Assembly: GCA_001781915.1 (NCBI GenBank)
Contig: MFMU01000003.1
Span: 1,188-57,968, forward strand
Source of the DNA: Candidatus Kaiserbacteria bacterium RIFOXYD1_FULL_47_14
Lineage (GTDB): Bacteria > Patescibacteriota > Minisyncoccia > Phycocordibacterales > Phycocordibacteraceae
Length of the DNA: 56,781 nt
Reading direction: 5' to 3'
Part shown: piece by piece, positions 15,804 through 25,117 of the stretch
Numbering within the stretch: position 1 is the stretch's first letter
Layout of the letters: each line of letters starts with the position of its first letter
Notes under the pieces: model-generated
Databases searched by the model: none
Told to the model about the DNA's origin: nothing
What the model saw: only the letters and a program-made list of their open reading frames with translations
Program-made: the position numbers and the translations under genes

Positions 15804-17189
15804 ATGGTACATAGCATACAGAATTTTGAGGCGCTTGCTTGCCCCGAGCCAGTCGATGGGGCGGAGAATGACTTGCGGCGGGATGCGCTCGAGATAGCCG
15901 AGGCAGGATATGCAGCAATAAATGTCGGCTCTGCTATCGAAAGAAAAATGAGTATTAAAAATGATGTCTTGCAGATTATGGACGGAACTTCTAAGGCGAC
16001 GCCTCAGACGAAAACCTACCACCTTGCGGGGCGGCGTGTATTTTTTGTCGGCATCGGCAAGTGCGCTCTGACGGCGGCAAGCGCGATAGAAAAACTCTTC
16101 GGCGATACGCTCACCGGCGGAATTGCCTTCGATGTCTCTGCCGAATTTTTGAGAAAGTCAGACATCCACCGCAACGGTGGATGTCTGACTTCCTCTTCAA
16201 AAATCGAGGTCTTCATCGGCACCCATCCTCTGCCGAGCGAAGTAAACGAACAGGCAACGAAGCGCATTATCGAATTTCTTTCTGATTGTCGCGAAGATGA
16301 TTTAGTCATCTTTCTTATTTCGGGCGGCGGTTCTACCCTACTCTGCTCGCCCGAAGCACCGATGACCCCTGCCGACGAGAGTGCACTTTTTAAAGAACTC
16401 ACCGCGCACGGAGCGACGATACAAGACATTAATACGGTGCGAAAGCATATCTCCAGCGCGCGCGGCGGCGGCCTTGCGCGCGCGGCCTATCCCGCTGAAA
16501 TTCTCTCACTCATTGTGTCTGATGTACCCGGAAACGATATCGCTTTCATTTCTTCCGGCCCAACCGTGCAGGATTCGTCAACGATTACTGATGCAAAAGA
16601 AGTTCTCGCACGCTATAACATCACTATCTCAAACATCACATTCATAGAAACGCCGAAAGAAGAAAAGTATTTTGAACGAGTAACCAACCTGCTCTTTCTT
16701 ACGAGTAAAGATGCGCTCGATGCAATGAAAGATGAGGCGGCGAAACGCGGATATGAAACCGAAATAGTGGACGATCATTTTTCTGGCGAAGCCAGAGAAG
16801 TTGGCCGCGCCGTTGTAGAAAAATTGCATGATGCATCACAAAAAACCGCATTGCTTTACGCCGGCGAAAGCACGGTAACCTTGAGGGAGGTCAGACCTCC
16901 CTCACAGGCAGGCGGACGCAATCAAGAAATAGCGCTTGCCTCGCTCGAAACCATTCTTGACGACGAAATTATTCTGCCCTTCGCTTCTGATGGCCACGAT
17001 AATACTGATTATGCCGGAGCAATTGGCGACAGTATCTCGCGAGCGCACGCGAGCGAGCACAATCTTTCAATCGCCGAATATATTGTTGCGCATCGTTCGT
17101 ATGAATTCTTTTCCATAACCGGCGACGCACTCAGCACTGGCTATACTGGATCAAACATATCTGACCTTATCATCGCGCTTAAAAAATAA
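15804..17189 (+). CDS. glycerate 2-kinase (MOFRL/DUF4147 family, GckA/TtuD-like)
   Basis: LISGGGSTLL, VSDVPGNDIAFISSGPT and GGRNQEIALA are motifs of MOFRL glycerate kinases. Confidence 0.8.
   Translation: MVHSIQNFEALACPEPVDGAENDLRRDALEIAEAGYAAINVGSAIERKMSIKNDVLQIMDGTSKATPQTKTYHLAGRRVFFVGIGKCALTAASAIEKLFGDTLTGGIAFDVSAEFLRKSDIHRNGGCLTSSSKIEVFIGTHPLPSEVNEQATKRIIEFLSDCREDDLVIFLISGGGSTLLCSPEAPMTPADESALFKELTAHGATIQDINTVRKHISSARGGGLARAAYPAEILSLIVSDVPGNDIAFISSGPTVQDSSTITDAKEVLARYNITISNITFIETPKEEKYFERVTNLLFLTSKDALDAMKDEAAKRGYETEIVDDHFSGEAREVGRAVVEKLHDASQKTALLYAGESTVTLREVRPPSQAGGRNQEIALASLETILDDEIILPFASDGHDNTDYAGAIGDSISRAHASEHNLSIAEYIVAHRSYEFFSITGDALSTGYTGSNISDLIIALKK
16155..16191. repeat. perfect 17-bp-arm palindrome with CAA loop inside the glycerate kinase CDS
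   Basis: AAGTCAGACATCCACCG-CAA-CGGTGGATGTCTGACTT. Encodes ..RKSDIHRNGGCLTS.. Confidence 0.9.
16882..16904. repeat. 11-bp-arm palindrome inside the glycerate kinase CDS
   Basis: TGAGGGAGGTC-a-GACCTCCCTCA. Encodes LREVRPPS just before the conserved GGRNQE. Confidence 0.85.
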
Positions 17190-17197
17190 TTTATTTT

Positions 17198-19585
17198 ATG
17201 AAAAACACGCACATACTTTGGATGAATAAAATCGGTATGGAAGATGTCCCTCAAGTCGGCGGAAAAAATGCCGCACTTGGAGAACTCATCCGTTCGGTGG
17301 TGCCGAAGGGCGTGCGCGTTCCGAAGGGTTTCTGCGTTACTGCTGACGCGTATTATTATTTTCTCAAACAGACCGGTCTCGATAATTTCATTGCAAAAAC
17401 GCTTGCTGGTCTCAACACTAAAAATTTCAAAGAACTATCGCGGTGCGGGAAGCTGGTGCGCGACGCCATACGCTCAACGCCACTTCCTGCAGATCTTGAA
17501 AAAGAAATTGCCATATCATACGCGCAGATGGAAAAAGAATATGGGAAGAATGTCGATGTGGCTGTGCGTTCGAGCGCGACCGCCGAGGATTTGCCGGGCG
17601 CGTCATTCGCCGGCGAGCATGAGACCTATCTGAATATTCGCGGAGCGGAGGATGTGGTGCGAGCCACTGTCTGGGCAATGTCTTCACTCTTTACCGACCG
17701 AGCTATTTCCTATCGTACTGACAAGGGCTTCGCGAACACAAAAGTAGCGCTCTCGGTTGGCGTACAGAAAATGGTTCGCTCTGACCTCGGCGCTTCTGGC
17801 GTTATGTTTACGGTGGATACTGAAAGCGGCTTCCGCGACCTTGTGCTTATCAACGCGGTGTGGGGCCTCGGCGAACTTATTGTGCAGGGTCATGTGACGC
17901 CTGACGAATATCTAGTGATGAAATCAAAACTCGGTAAAGCGAAGAATCCGATTATCGGCAAAACGCTGGGTGTGAAAAATAAAAAGATGCTCTACGCACA
18001 AAGAAAAACCGGCGTCATACAAACGAAGATTGTGGACACAAGCACGGCAGAACAGAATACCTTCGTCCTTTCTGAATCAGAAATCGATGAGCTCGCCCGC
18101 TGGGGAACGCTTATAGAAGAACATTACAGCAAACGCGCCGGGAAATGGACGCCGATGGATATGGAATGGGCGCGCGATGGAAAAACGAACGAACTCTACA
18201 TCGTGCAGGCGCGGCCCGAGACAGTACAGGCCGAACGGGATTTCTCGAAACTCATTGAATATACAGTGAGCGGTCAAGGAAAGGCACTGGCGCAAGGCAT
18301 TTCGGTCGGTTCGAAGGTCGCCGTCGGCACGACACGCGTTATTCTAGATCCAAAACAAATAAAACAATTTAAAAAGGGAGAGATACTCGTCACGACGATG
18401 ACCGACCCTGATTGGGAACCGATTATGAAGATGGCGTCGGCTATCGTTACCGACCGCGGCGGGCGCACGAGCCATGCCGCCATCGTCTCGCGAGAGCTCG
18501 GCCTTCCGGCAATCGTGGGCGCAGGCAACGCGACGCGCGTATTGAAGACGGGAATTATCGTCACAGTCGACACGACCGGCAGTGTAGGTATGATTACTGC
18601 TGGAAAAGCGAAAGTAACGACGCGCGAACATGATATCGGCACTCTGCCGGATACGAAGACGAAAATTATGGTGAATATCGCGTCGCCGGATATCGCTTTC
18701 GAGGACTCATTCTTGCCCGTGCAGGGCGTCGGGCTCGCGCGAGAAGAATTTATCATCGCTTCCAATATTGGCATTCATCCGCTCGCCATTCTTAATTTCA
18801 AAAAGCTCTCCCCGAAGTTGCGCACCGCTATTTCAAAGAAAATCACCGGATGGAAAAATCCGATTGACTTCTATGTCGACAATCTCGCGTACGGCATCGC
18901 AAAAATCGGCGCGGCATTTAGCCCGCGACCTGTCATCGTTCGGTTCTCTGATTTTAAGACCAATGAATACTCTACACTGCTCGGCGGCGAAGCGTACGAA
19001 CCGAAAGAAGAGAATCCGATGCTCGGCTGGCGCGGCGCCTCTCGTTATTATGATCCGAAATTCAAAGATGCGTTCGTACTGGAATGTCGCGCACTTGTGA
19101 AAGTGCGCGAGGAAATGGGTCTTTCCAATGTGATTCCTATGATTCCCTTCTGTCGCACAACTGTAGAAGCGGAGCAGGTACTCGGTATTATGAAGAAGAA
19201 CGGTATCAAGAAGCCGATCTATATGATGTGCGAGATTCCTTCAAACATTATTCTCGCCGAAGAATTTCTTGATCTCTTTGACGGCATGTCCATCGGCAGC
19301 AATGATCTCACTCAGCTCACACTCGGACTCGACCGCGATTCTGGCATCGTGACGCATATAGGGAATGAGAATGATGAATCGGTACGCGCGCTGATTAGTA
19401 TGATTATTCGTAAATGCGCGGCACGCGGAAAGTATCTCGGCATATGCGGACAAGGACCATCCGACCTCCCTGACTTCGCTGAGTTCTTGGTGAAAGAAGG
19501 CATTCCAAGTATGTCGCTCAATCCTGACTCGGTAGTGAAGACACTGGAACAAGTCGCAGAGATTGAAGAAAAACTCGCACAATAA
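17198..19585 (+). CDS. ppsA: phosphoenolpyruvate synthase (pyruvate, water dikinase)
   Basis: 795 aa. Phosphohistidine swivel motif GGRTSHAAIVSRELGLPAIVG. PEP-utilising C-terminal domain. Confidence 0.9.
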   Translation: MKNTHILWMNKIGMEDVPQVGGKNAALGELIRSVVPKGVRVPKGFCVTADAYYYFLKQTGLDNFIAKTLAGLNTKNFKELSRCGKLVRDAIRSTPLPADLEKEIAISYAQMEKEYGKNVDVAVRSSATAEDLPGASFAGEHETYLNIRGAEDVVRATVWAMSSLFTDRAISYRTDKGFANTKVALSVGVQKMVRSDLGASGVMFTVDTESGFRDLVLINAVWGLGELIVQGHVTPDEYLVMKSKLGKAKNPIIGKTLGVKNKKMLYAQRKTGVIQTKIVDTSTAEQNTFVLSESEIDELARWGTLIEEHYSKRAGKWTPMDMEWARDGKTNELYIVQARPETVQAERDFSKLIEYTVSGQGKALAQGISVGSKVAVGTTRVILDPKQIKQFKKGEILVTTMTDPDWEPIMKMASAIVTDRGGRTSHAAIVSRELGLPAIVGAGNATRVLKTGIIVTVDTTGSVGMITAGKAKVTTREHDIGTLPDTKTKIMVNIASPDIAFEDSFLPVQGVGLAREEFIIASNIGIHPLAILNFKKLSPKLRTAISKKITGWKNPIDFYVDNLAYGIAKIGAAFSPRPVIVRFSDFKTNEYSTLLGGEAYEPKEENPMLGWRGASRYYDPKFKDAFVLECRALVKVREEMGLSNVIPMIPFCRTTVEAEQVLGIMKKNGIKKPIYMMCEIPSNIILAEEFLDLFDGMSIGSNDLTQLTLGLDRDSGIVTHIGNENDESVRALISMIIRKCAARGKYLGICGQGPSDLPDFAEFLVKEGIPSMSLNPDSVVKTLEQVAEIEEKLAQ

Positions 19586-19587
19586 AT

Positions 19588-20859
19588 ATGCACATTGACC
19601 GCATTGAAGCCAAATCGATTCTCGACACGCGCGGGCGGCCGACGATAGAGACGACACTCTTTTCTGGAACGCTTGAAGCAACAGCGTCGGTACCTTCGGG
19701 GAAAAGCACCGGGAAACACGAAGCACTCGAGCTGCGCGACGCTGATGACAGCGTCGCGCAAGCCATAAAGAATGTAAATGGAGAAATTGCGACGGCGATT
19801 ACCGAGCGTGATTTCAATTCGCTCGATGAGCTTGATAATTTCTTGATCTCGCTCGACGGCACGCCGAATAAATCACGACTCGGTGCGAACGCGATTCTCT
19901 CGGTCTCGATTGCCGCGATGCGGCTTTCTGCACTGCAAGAAAATATGCCACTCTGGCAAGCAATCGCGAAGCGTGCAGGAACTACTCCTTCGACTCCTCG
20001 GCTTTTTGTTAATGTCATGAACGGCGGCGCGCACGCTGGCTTTCCCTCAAACAAGTTCGGAACAGGTAAACTTCCCTTCCAAGAATATCTCTTGGTTGTT
20101 GAAGGAAAAACGAGTGAGACATTCCCTATCGCACAAGAACTATTCGCGAAACTCGGCGAACTTCTGTGGAAGCCAGGCGTCCACAACAATTGTGGACGCC
20201 TGGCTTCCACAACATCGATGGGCGATGAAGGCGGTTATGCGCCGACCTTCGACACGCTCGAAAAACCATTCGAGCTTCTCGCCGAACTCGTTAAAGAATT
20301 CCCGAATACTTCAATCGCGATTGATGCGGCAGCGAGTGAGCTATTCCATGACGGCGTGTACCAGCTCCTCGGGAAATCGTATTCTCCCGACGAGCTCGCG
20401 GCAATTTATCGTGAGCTTGTCGAACGATTTTCTCTTCATAGCATTGAAGACCCGTTTGCCGAGAATGCAGGAACTGATTTTGCAAAGCTTACGGCCACAT
20501 TGAACAGCCCCTCGACTCCGCTCGGGGCAACGACACTAGTCGTTGGCGACGATTTAACTGTCACCAATCCCGCACGCATTATTGAAGCAGCAAAAAATAA
20601 AGAAATAAATGCAGTGCTAATTAAACCGAATCAAATCGGCACGGTCAAAGAAGCGCTCGAAGCAGTGAGAGAAACCTATAACGCCGGATGGGAGGTTGTC
20701 GCCTCGCATCGTTCGGGAGAGACGAGCGATACCTTCATCGCGGACTTCGCGTACGGTATCGGCGCACATGGTTTGAAAGCTGGTGGCTTCGCTCAGCCCG
20801 AGCGTCTTGTGAAATACGAGCGATTACTCGCCATAGAACACGAAGCAGAAACAAGATAA
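19588..20859 (+). CDS. eno: enolase, carrying a 15-codon palindromic insertion
   Basis: ILDTRGRPTIE, MGDEGGYAP, IKPNQIGT and SHRSGET motifs. Confidence 0.95.
   Translation: MHIDRIEAKSILDTRGRPTIETTLFSGTLEATASVPSGKSTGKHEALELRDADDSVAQAIKNVNGEIATAITERDFNSLDELDNFLISLDGTPNKSRLGANAILSVSIAAMRLSALQENMPLWQAIAKRAGTTPSTPRLFVNVMNGGAHAGFPSNKFGTGKLPFQEYLLVVEGKTSETFPIAQELFAKLGELLWKPGVHNNCGRLASTTSMGDEGGYAPTFDTLEKPFELLAELVKEFPNTSIAIDAAASELFHDGVYQLLGKSYSPDELAAIYRELVERFSLHSIEDPFAENAGTDFAKLTATLNSPSTPLGATTLVVGDDLTVTNPARIIEAAKNKEINAVLIKPNQIGTVKEALEAVRETYNAGWEVVASHRSGETSDTFIADFAYGIGAHGLKAGGFAQPERLVKYERLLAIEHEAETR
20166..20210. repeat. perfect 21-bp-arm palindrome with CAA loop (45 nt) in-frame in enolase
   Basis: GTGGAAGCCAGGCGTCCACAA-CAA-TTGTGGACGCCTGGCTTCCAC. 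The arms contain TGTGGACGCCTGGC, which is identical to the REP flanking 42741..43451. Confidence 0.95.
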
Positions 20860-20868
20860 TATAGAGAT

Positions 20869-21870
20869 ATGAAAATACATTATTTTTCGGGCGAGGCGTG
20901 GGAAGAGGAATTCGTGCGCACAAAACTTCCAAATGAAGAAATTATTTTCCACGAGGGTTCTATTGCTGCGTCTCCCGATTTTACTGACCCCGATGCGACT
21001 GTTCTTTGCCCATTTATAGAATCGCACATCGGCGAAGCCGAGCTCGCGCGATTCCCTGCACTGAAATTCATCGCGACTCGTTCGACTGGATTCGATCACA
21101 TCGATCTCGCAGCGACAAAAGCGCACAACATCATTGTTTCGAATGTTCCTTTTTATGGAGAGAACACCGTCGCCGAGTTTGCTTTCGGACTGCTTCTCGC
21201 GCTCTCGCGCCGCATTATCGAAGCTGATGAAAGTGTCCGCCAAGGTCTCTTTTCACCCGTAGGGTTTCGTGGATTCGATCTCGCCGACAAGACCATCGGC
21301 GTTGTCGGCACCGGACACATCGGCGCACACATTATCCGTATGGCAAATGGTTTTGGTATGAAAGTCATCGGATTCGACGCGTATCCGAACACCGAACTCG
21401 CTCAGAAACTTGGATTCTCGTATGTCTCTCTCGAAGAATTGCTCGCTTCGTCTGACATCGTCACCATTCATGTCCCGTACAACAAAGACACCCACCACCT
21501 CATCAATAAAGAAAATATCGGAAATTTGAAAAAAGGTGCGTATCTTATTAACACCGCGCGCGGCGCGATCGTCGAGACCGAAGCGCTTATTGAAGCGCTG
21601 AAAAGCGGCATTCTCGCCGGCGCAGGACTCGATGTACTCGAAGAAGAAGGAGATATGGCGGATGAAATCGCACTTCTCACTAATCCGCATCCGAAGGAAG
21701 CAGAATTAAAAATCGCGCTCGAGAATCATTATCTTATCGATCATCCGCGCGTCATCGTCACGCCACATCTCGCATTCAACACAACAGAAGCCGTCGAACG
21801 CATCCTCGACACCACCATCGAAAACATCCGCGCCTTCTCTGCCGGCTCGCCCACCAACCTCGTCTCCTAA
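20869..21870 (+). CDS. D-isomer-specific 2-hydroxyacid dehydrogenase (glycerate/lactate dehydrogenase-like)
   Basis: NAD fold GVVGTGHIGAHIIRMANGFGMKVIGFD. Catalytic region INTARG...TPHLAF. Confidence 0.85.
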   Translation: MKIHYFSGEAWEEEFVRTKLPNEEIIFHEGSIAASPDFTDPDATVLCPFIESHIGEAELARFPALKFIATRSTGFDHIDLAATKAHNIIVSNVPFYGENTVAEFAFGLLLALSRRIIEADESVRQGLFSPVGFRGFDLADKTIGVVGTGHIGAHIIRMANGFGMKVIGFDAYPNTELAQKLGFSYVSLEELLASSDIVTIHVPYNKDTHHLINKENIGNLKKGAYLINTARGAIVETEALIEALKSGILAGAGLDVLEEEGDMADEIALLTNPHPKEAELKIALENHYLIDHPRVIVTPHLAFNTTEAVERILDTTIENIRAFSAGSPTNLVS

Positions 21871-21962
21871 ATATTTGACAACAAAACAGAGCCATGTATA
21901 CTAGCGACAGATAATAGATCCTTGGCAGTAGTGGATAATCTAAGGTCGGAAAGGAGACGGTT

Positions 21963-22721
21963 ATGAACAAGGAATTTTCTTTTTCTGTGATTAGAAAAGC
22001 ATTGCTGACTTCTGATTTTGTCATAGCCGCCAGAATGTATGGTTCGTGGCTCTATGATGAAATGTCGGTAGACTGTGATATCGCTGTCTTGATTCCCAGT
22101 GTTTCAGGGTTGGTAGACAGCAATACCTATAGGCTTTTGTTGATTTTGCGAGATTATCTGGTCGCGGAAACTGGTAATGACATTGATCTTGTTCCTCACA
22201 CCACGGATGAACTGGACGATGTGCGTTCTCCTTTGTGGTATCCGCGTTATAACCCTTCCTTAGTTTCGGGGAAAGTGGTCAAGGGAGAATTTGCAATATC
22301 TCCTATAACAAAGAGTGAGCAGAAATTTTCGTTTGCTGATCTGACGGCCTATGTTATTCACGACAATAGAACAATTTGCAGACGACAATTAGTTCGCTCC
22401 TTGCAGGGGGAAAGCGGAAGAATTTTTGTCAGCAAGTCATTGCATGGCGCGGGGAATGCTTTGACATTCCATGCCTGTCAAAAAAAGACAGAATATTTAT
22501 GCTCGCCTTCTGACATCAATCAGAGCTTCGAAATATTGGACAGTGTGTATGGTGTTGATTCCAATCCTGCTCGCGCCTTTCTTCAAAGCTGTAAATACTC
22601 ATTCGACTTTGAAAAGGGTCTTCTTTTGATGTCTTGGTACGAAAGTCTTGTTGCGATGGTCTTTGACAAGGCGAATACTCACTTATACCAGATGACTTGT
22701 CGCAGATTGCAACTTTCTTGA
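21963..22721 (+). CDS. nucleotidyltransferase-fold protein (Pol-beta/KNTase-like) with helical C-terminal domain
   Basis: MYGSWLYDEMSVDCDIAVLI fits the GS...DxD minimal NTase motif. Confidence 0.5.
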   Translation: MNKEFSFSVIRKALLTSDFVIAARMYGSWLYDEMSVDCDIAVLIPSVSGLVDSNTYRLLLILRDYLVAETGNDIDLVPHTTDELDDVRSPLWYPRYNPSLVSGKVVKGEFAISPITKSEQKFSFADLTAYVIHDNRTICRRQLVRSLQGESGRIFVSKSLHGAGNALTFHACQKKTEYLCSPSDINQSFEILDSVYGVDSNPARAFLQSCKYSFDFEKGLLLMSWYESLVAMVFDKANTHLYQMTCRRLQLS

Positions 22722-22729
22722 TATTTCTT

Positions 22730-22765
22730 GTCCCCGCTGTTATTTTAATAGCGGGGACATTTTTT
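22730..22765 (+). terminator. intrinsic terminator
   Basis: GTCCCCGCT-gttattttaat-AGCGGGGAC + TTTTTT. Confidence 0.75.
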
Positions 22766-22786
22766 GAGAATTTATTAAATTAAATT

Positions 22787-23641
22787 ATGCCTTTAATTGA
22801 TCTGCATTTACATTCATATTATTCCGATGGAGAAGATGGACCAAATAAGTTGTTACGCTTAGCTATCGAAAAAAAAATATCCATTTTTTCTATAACGGAT
22901 CATAACTTTATAGTACCAAAAGATGAAAAGTTTTTCAAAGAGGCCGAACTGAATGGAATAAAATTTGTACAAGGGATCGAAATATCATCTTTTGATGATA
23001 AAACAAAATCGTCTTTTCATATTTTAGGATATTCTAAAAATTTTGATACTTATAAAATGAATGCCGAACTTAAAAAAACAGTTGCAGGTTATAATGATCG
23101 GGCTAAAAAGATTATTCAAAAGTTGAATAAAAAATATCCAGGTCTGAATCTTAATTTTTACGATCTAAAAAAGAAAAATCCAGAAATTTATGTTAGTCGA
23201 AATACTATAGCAATTGAATTAAAAAGATTTCTTAAATCAGATGCTACAATCAAGGAACTATCAAAAGAAGTATTCGTCGAGGAAAAATCGGGCTGGATGC
23301 TTTCTCCAGAAGAAGCGATTCATTTAATCGTTCGTTTGGGAGGTACCCCTGTGTTAGCACATTCTGGTAGACTTTTTTCAAAAGATAAAAAAAAATTCGC
23401 GTCTATTCTAAGAAAATTTAAAGAGTATGGTTTACGAGGAATTGAAGTACGCTGTCCTAAACATTCAAAAGAAGAGATGTCAGGTCTTCTGAATTTGAGC
23501 CGCGAGTTTAAATTATTAGTAACCGCCGGTAGTGATTGGCATGGTCAAAATCGCTCATACTGTAAAATGCCAGGATTAAGGTGCCCTAAACGAGAATTAA
23601 TAACGATAATAGATACTTTTGTACAAAAAAATAACCGCTAA
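22787..23641 (+). CDS. PHP-domain phosphoesterase
   Basis: IDLHLHSYYSDGE...SITDHN...LAHSG, the PHP metal-binding histidines. AT-rich gene. Confidence 0.75.
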   Translation: MPLIDLHLHSYYSDGEDGPNKLLRLAIEKKISIFSITDHNFIVPKDEKFFKEAELNGIKFVQGIEISSFDDKTKSSFHILGYSKNFDTYKMNAELKKTVAGYNDRAKKIIQKLNKKYPGLNLNFYDLKKKNPEIYVSRNTIAIELKRFLKSDATIKELSKEVFVEEKSGWMLSPEEAIHLIVRLGGTPVLAHSGRLFSKDKKKFASILRKFKEYGLRGIEVRCPKHSKEEMSGLLNLSREFKLLVTAGSDWHGQNRSYCKMPGLRCPKRELITIIDTFVQKNNR

Positions 23642-23662
23642 CCTAATTGCTTAGTTAGCGGT
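23634..23662. terminator. bidirectional hairpin between the PHP gene and murA
   Basis: ACCGCTAAC-ctaattgctta-GTTAGCGGT. Confidence 0.5.
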
Positions 23663-23672
23663 CATAGTATTT

Positions 23673-24977
23673 TCATTGTTCCTCGATTTTTGCCCCCAAC
23701 AATTTGAGTTTCTCTACAACCTTGGCATACCCTCTTTCAAGATATTTGATGCCACTGATCTCACTCTCGCCGTTCGCGATAAGTGCGGCTACTACATAAG
23801 CAAATCCTGCTCGCAAATCAGGTATTTGCATCTTCCTACCGGAAAGAATTGTCAGTCCATGTACTATACAACTGTGTTGATAACCTCTACCAAGAAAGCG
23901 ACACGACTTACTGCCGAGACAGTCTTTTGATAGAGATATGTTTGCTCCCATATCTCTTAGCATCTGTGTATACCCAAACCTATTCTCGTATACCGTTTCG
24001 TGGATTACAGACACCCCTTCGGATTGAGTTAACAGACTTACCAACATTGGCTGCCAGTCGGTAGAAAACCCAGGGAAGACATCCGTTTCTACATGGACGC
24101 AAGATAGGTGGGATTTAGATCTGAAAAATGTAATTCCCTGTTCTCCGACATCGAATCCTCCACCCACCTTTCTCACTACATTGAGCAGGGAAATCATGTC
24201 GCTCTGTCTCGCGTTCTGTATTTCCAGATGTCCATTTGTAACGATGGCAGCAATGGCGAAGGACGCTGCTTCTATCCTGTCAGGGATAATGTTATGGTTT
24301 GCCCCGGCGAGCTTTTCAACACCTTCAATAATAATCTTTCTGTCGGTATCAATGTGAACCAATGCTCCCATTTTTTGAAGAAGAAGGATCGTGTCGATGA
24401 TTTCCGGCTCAACAGCAGCGTTTTTGATCACAGTAGTTCCCGTTGCGAGAACTGCAGTTAGCAGTATATTCTCTGTTGCACCGACACTAGGATAAGGTAA
24501 CTCTATTACACATCCCTGAATTCTTGAAGACTTTGCATGATAACCATCCTCATTTTCTGTTATCTCGGCACCGAATGCTCTCAAGGCATTTACATGAAAA
24601 TCAACTGGGCGTGAACCTATGTTACACCCGCCGGCCATGGGAACGAATGCTTCCTGTGCTCTGTAGAGAAGTGGGCCGATGACTAGAATAGGAATTCTGT
24701 TTGTTCCAGAATACTCGCTCTTAATTGCGATGTTTTTTATCTCCTTGGTTTGGACCAGAAGTGAATCCTCTCCTAACCATGTAGATTCCATCCCTAATTC
24801 TGATAGCATTTCCAGCACAGAAAATACTTCTTGATTTTTAGGAACATTATGCAGAGTACACGGTTCGTCAGTGAGGAGAGATGCTACCAATTGTTTAGTA
24901 ACTGCGTTTTTTGCACCATCAAGTCTCACTACTCCTGACAGAGGTCTTCCTCCGTTAATGAGGTATTTCGTTGGCAT
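23673..24977 (-). CDS. murA: UDP-N-acetylglucosamine 1-carboxyvinyltransferase
   Basis: 434 aa. INGGRPLSGVVRLDGAKNA N-terminus and overall EPSP-synthase-like repeat pattern. Confidence 0.9.
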   Translation of the reverse strand: MPTKYLINGGRPLSGVVRLDGAKNAVTKQLVASLLTDEPCTLHNVPKNQEVFSVLEMLSELGMESTWLGEDSLLVQTKEIKNIAIKSEYSGTNRIPILVIGPLLYRAQEAFVPMAGGCNIGSRPVDFHVNALRAFGAEITENEDGYHAKSSRIQGCVIELPYPSVGATENILLTAVLATGTTVIKNAAVEPEIIDTILLLQKMGALVHIDTDRKIIIEGVEKLAGANHNIIPDRIEAASFAIAAIVTNGHLEIQNARQSDMISLLNVVRKVGGGFDVGEQGITFFRSKSHLSCVHVETDVFPGFSTDWQPMLVSLLTQSEGVSVIHETVYENRFGYTQMLRDMGANISLSKDCLGSKSCRFLGRGYQHSCIVHGLTILSGRKMQIPDLRAGFAYVVAALIANGESEISGIKYLERGYAKVVEKLKLLGAKIEEQ

Positions 24978-25117
24978 TTGTTTGATTCTCCTTTCATTGG
25001 GTCATTTTCAAGGTTCAAAAGTCTAAAAAATAGAATAACATAACATCATAAATATCGCAAATTTATATTTTCTGAAAAATTGCAATTAATGTAATCTTGT
25101 GATGAAATAGAGATACT

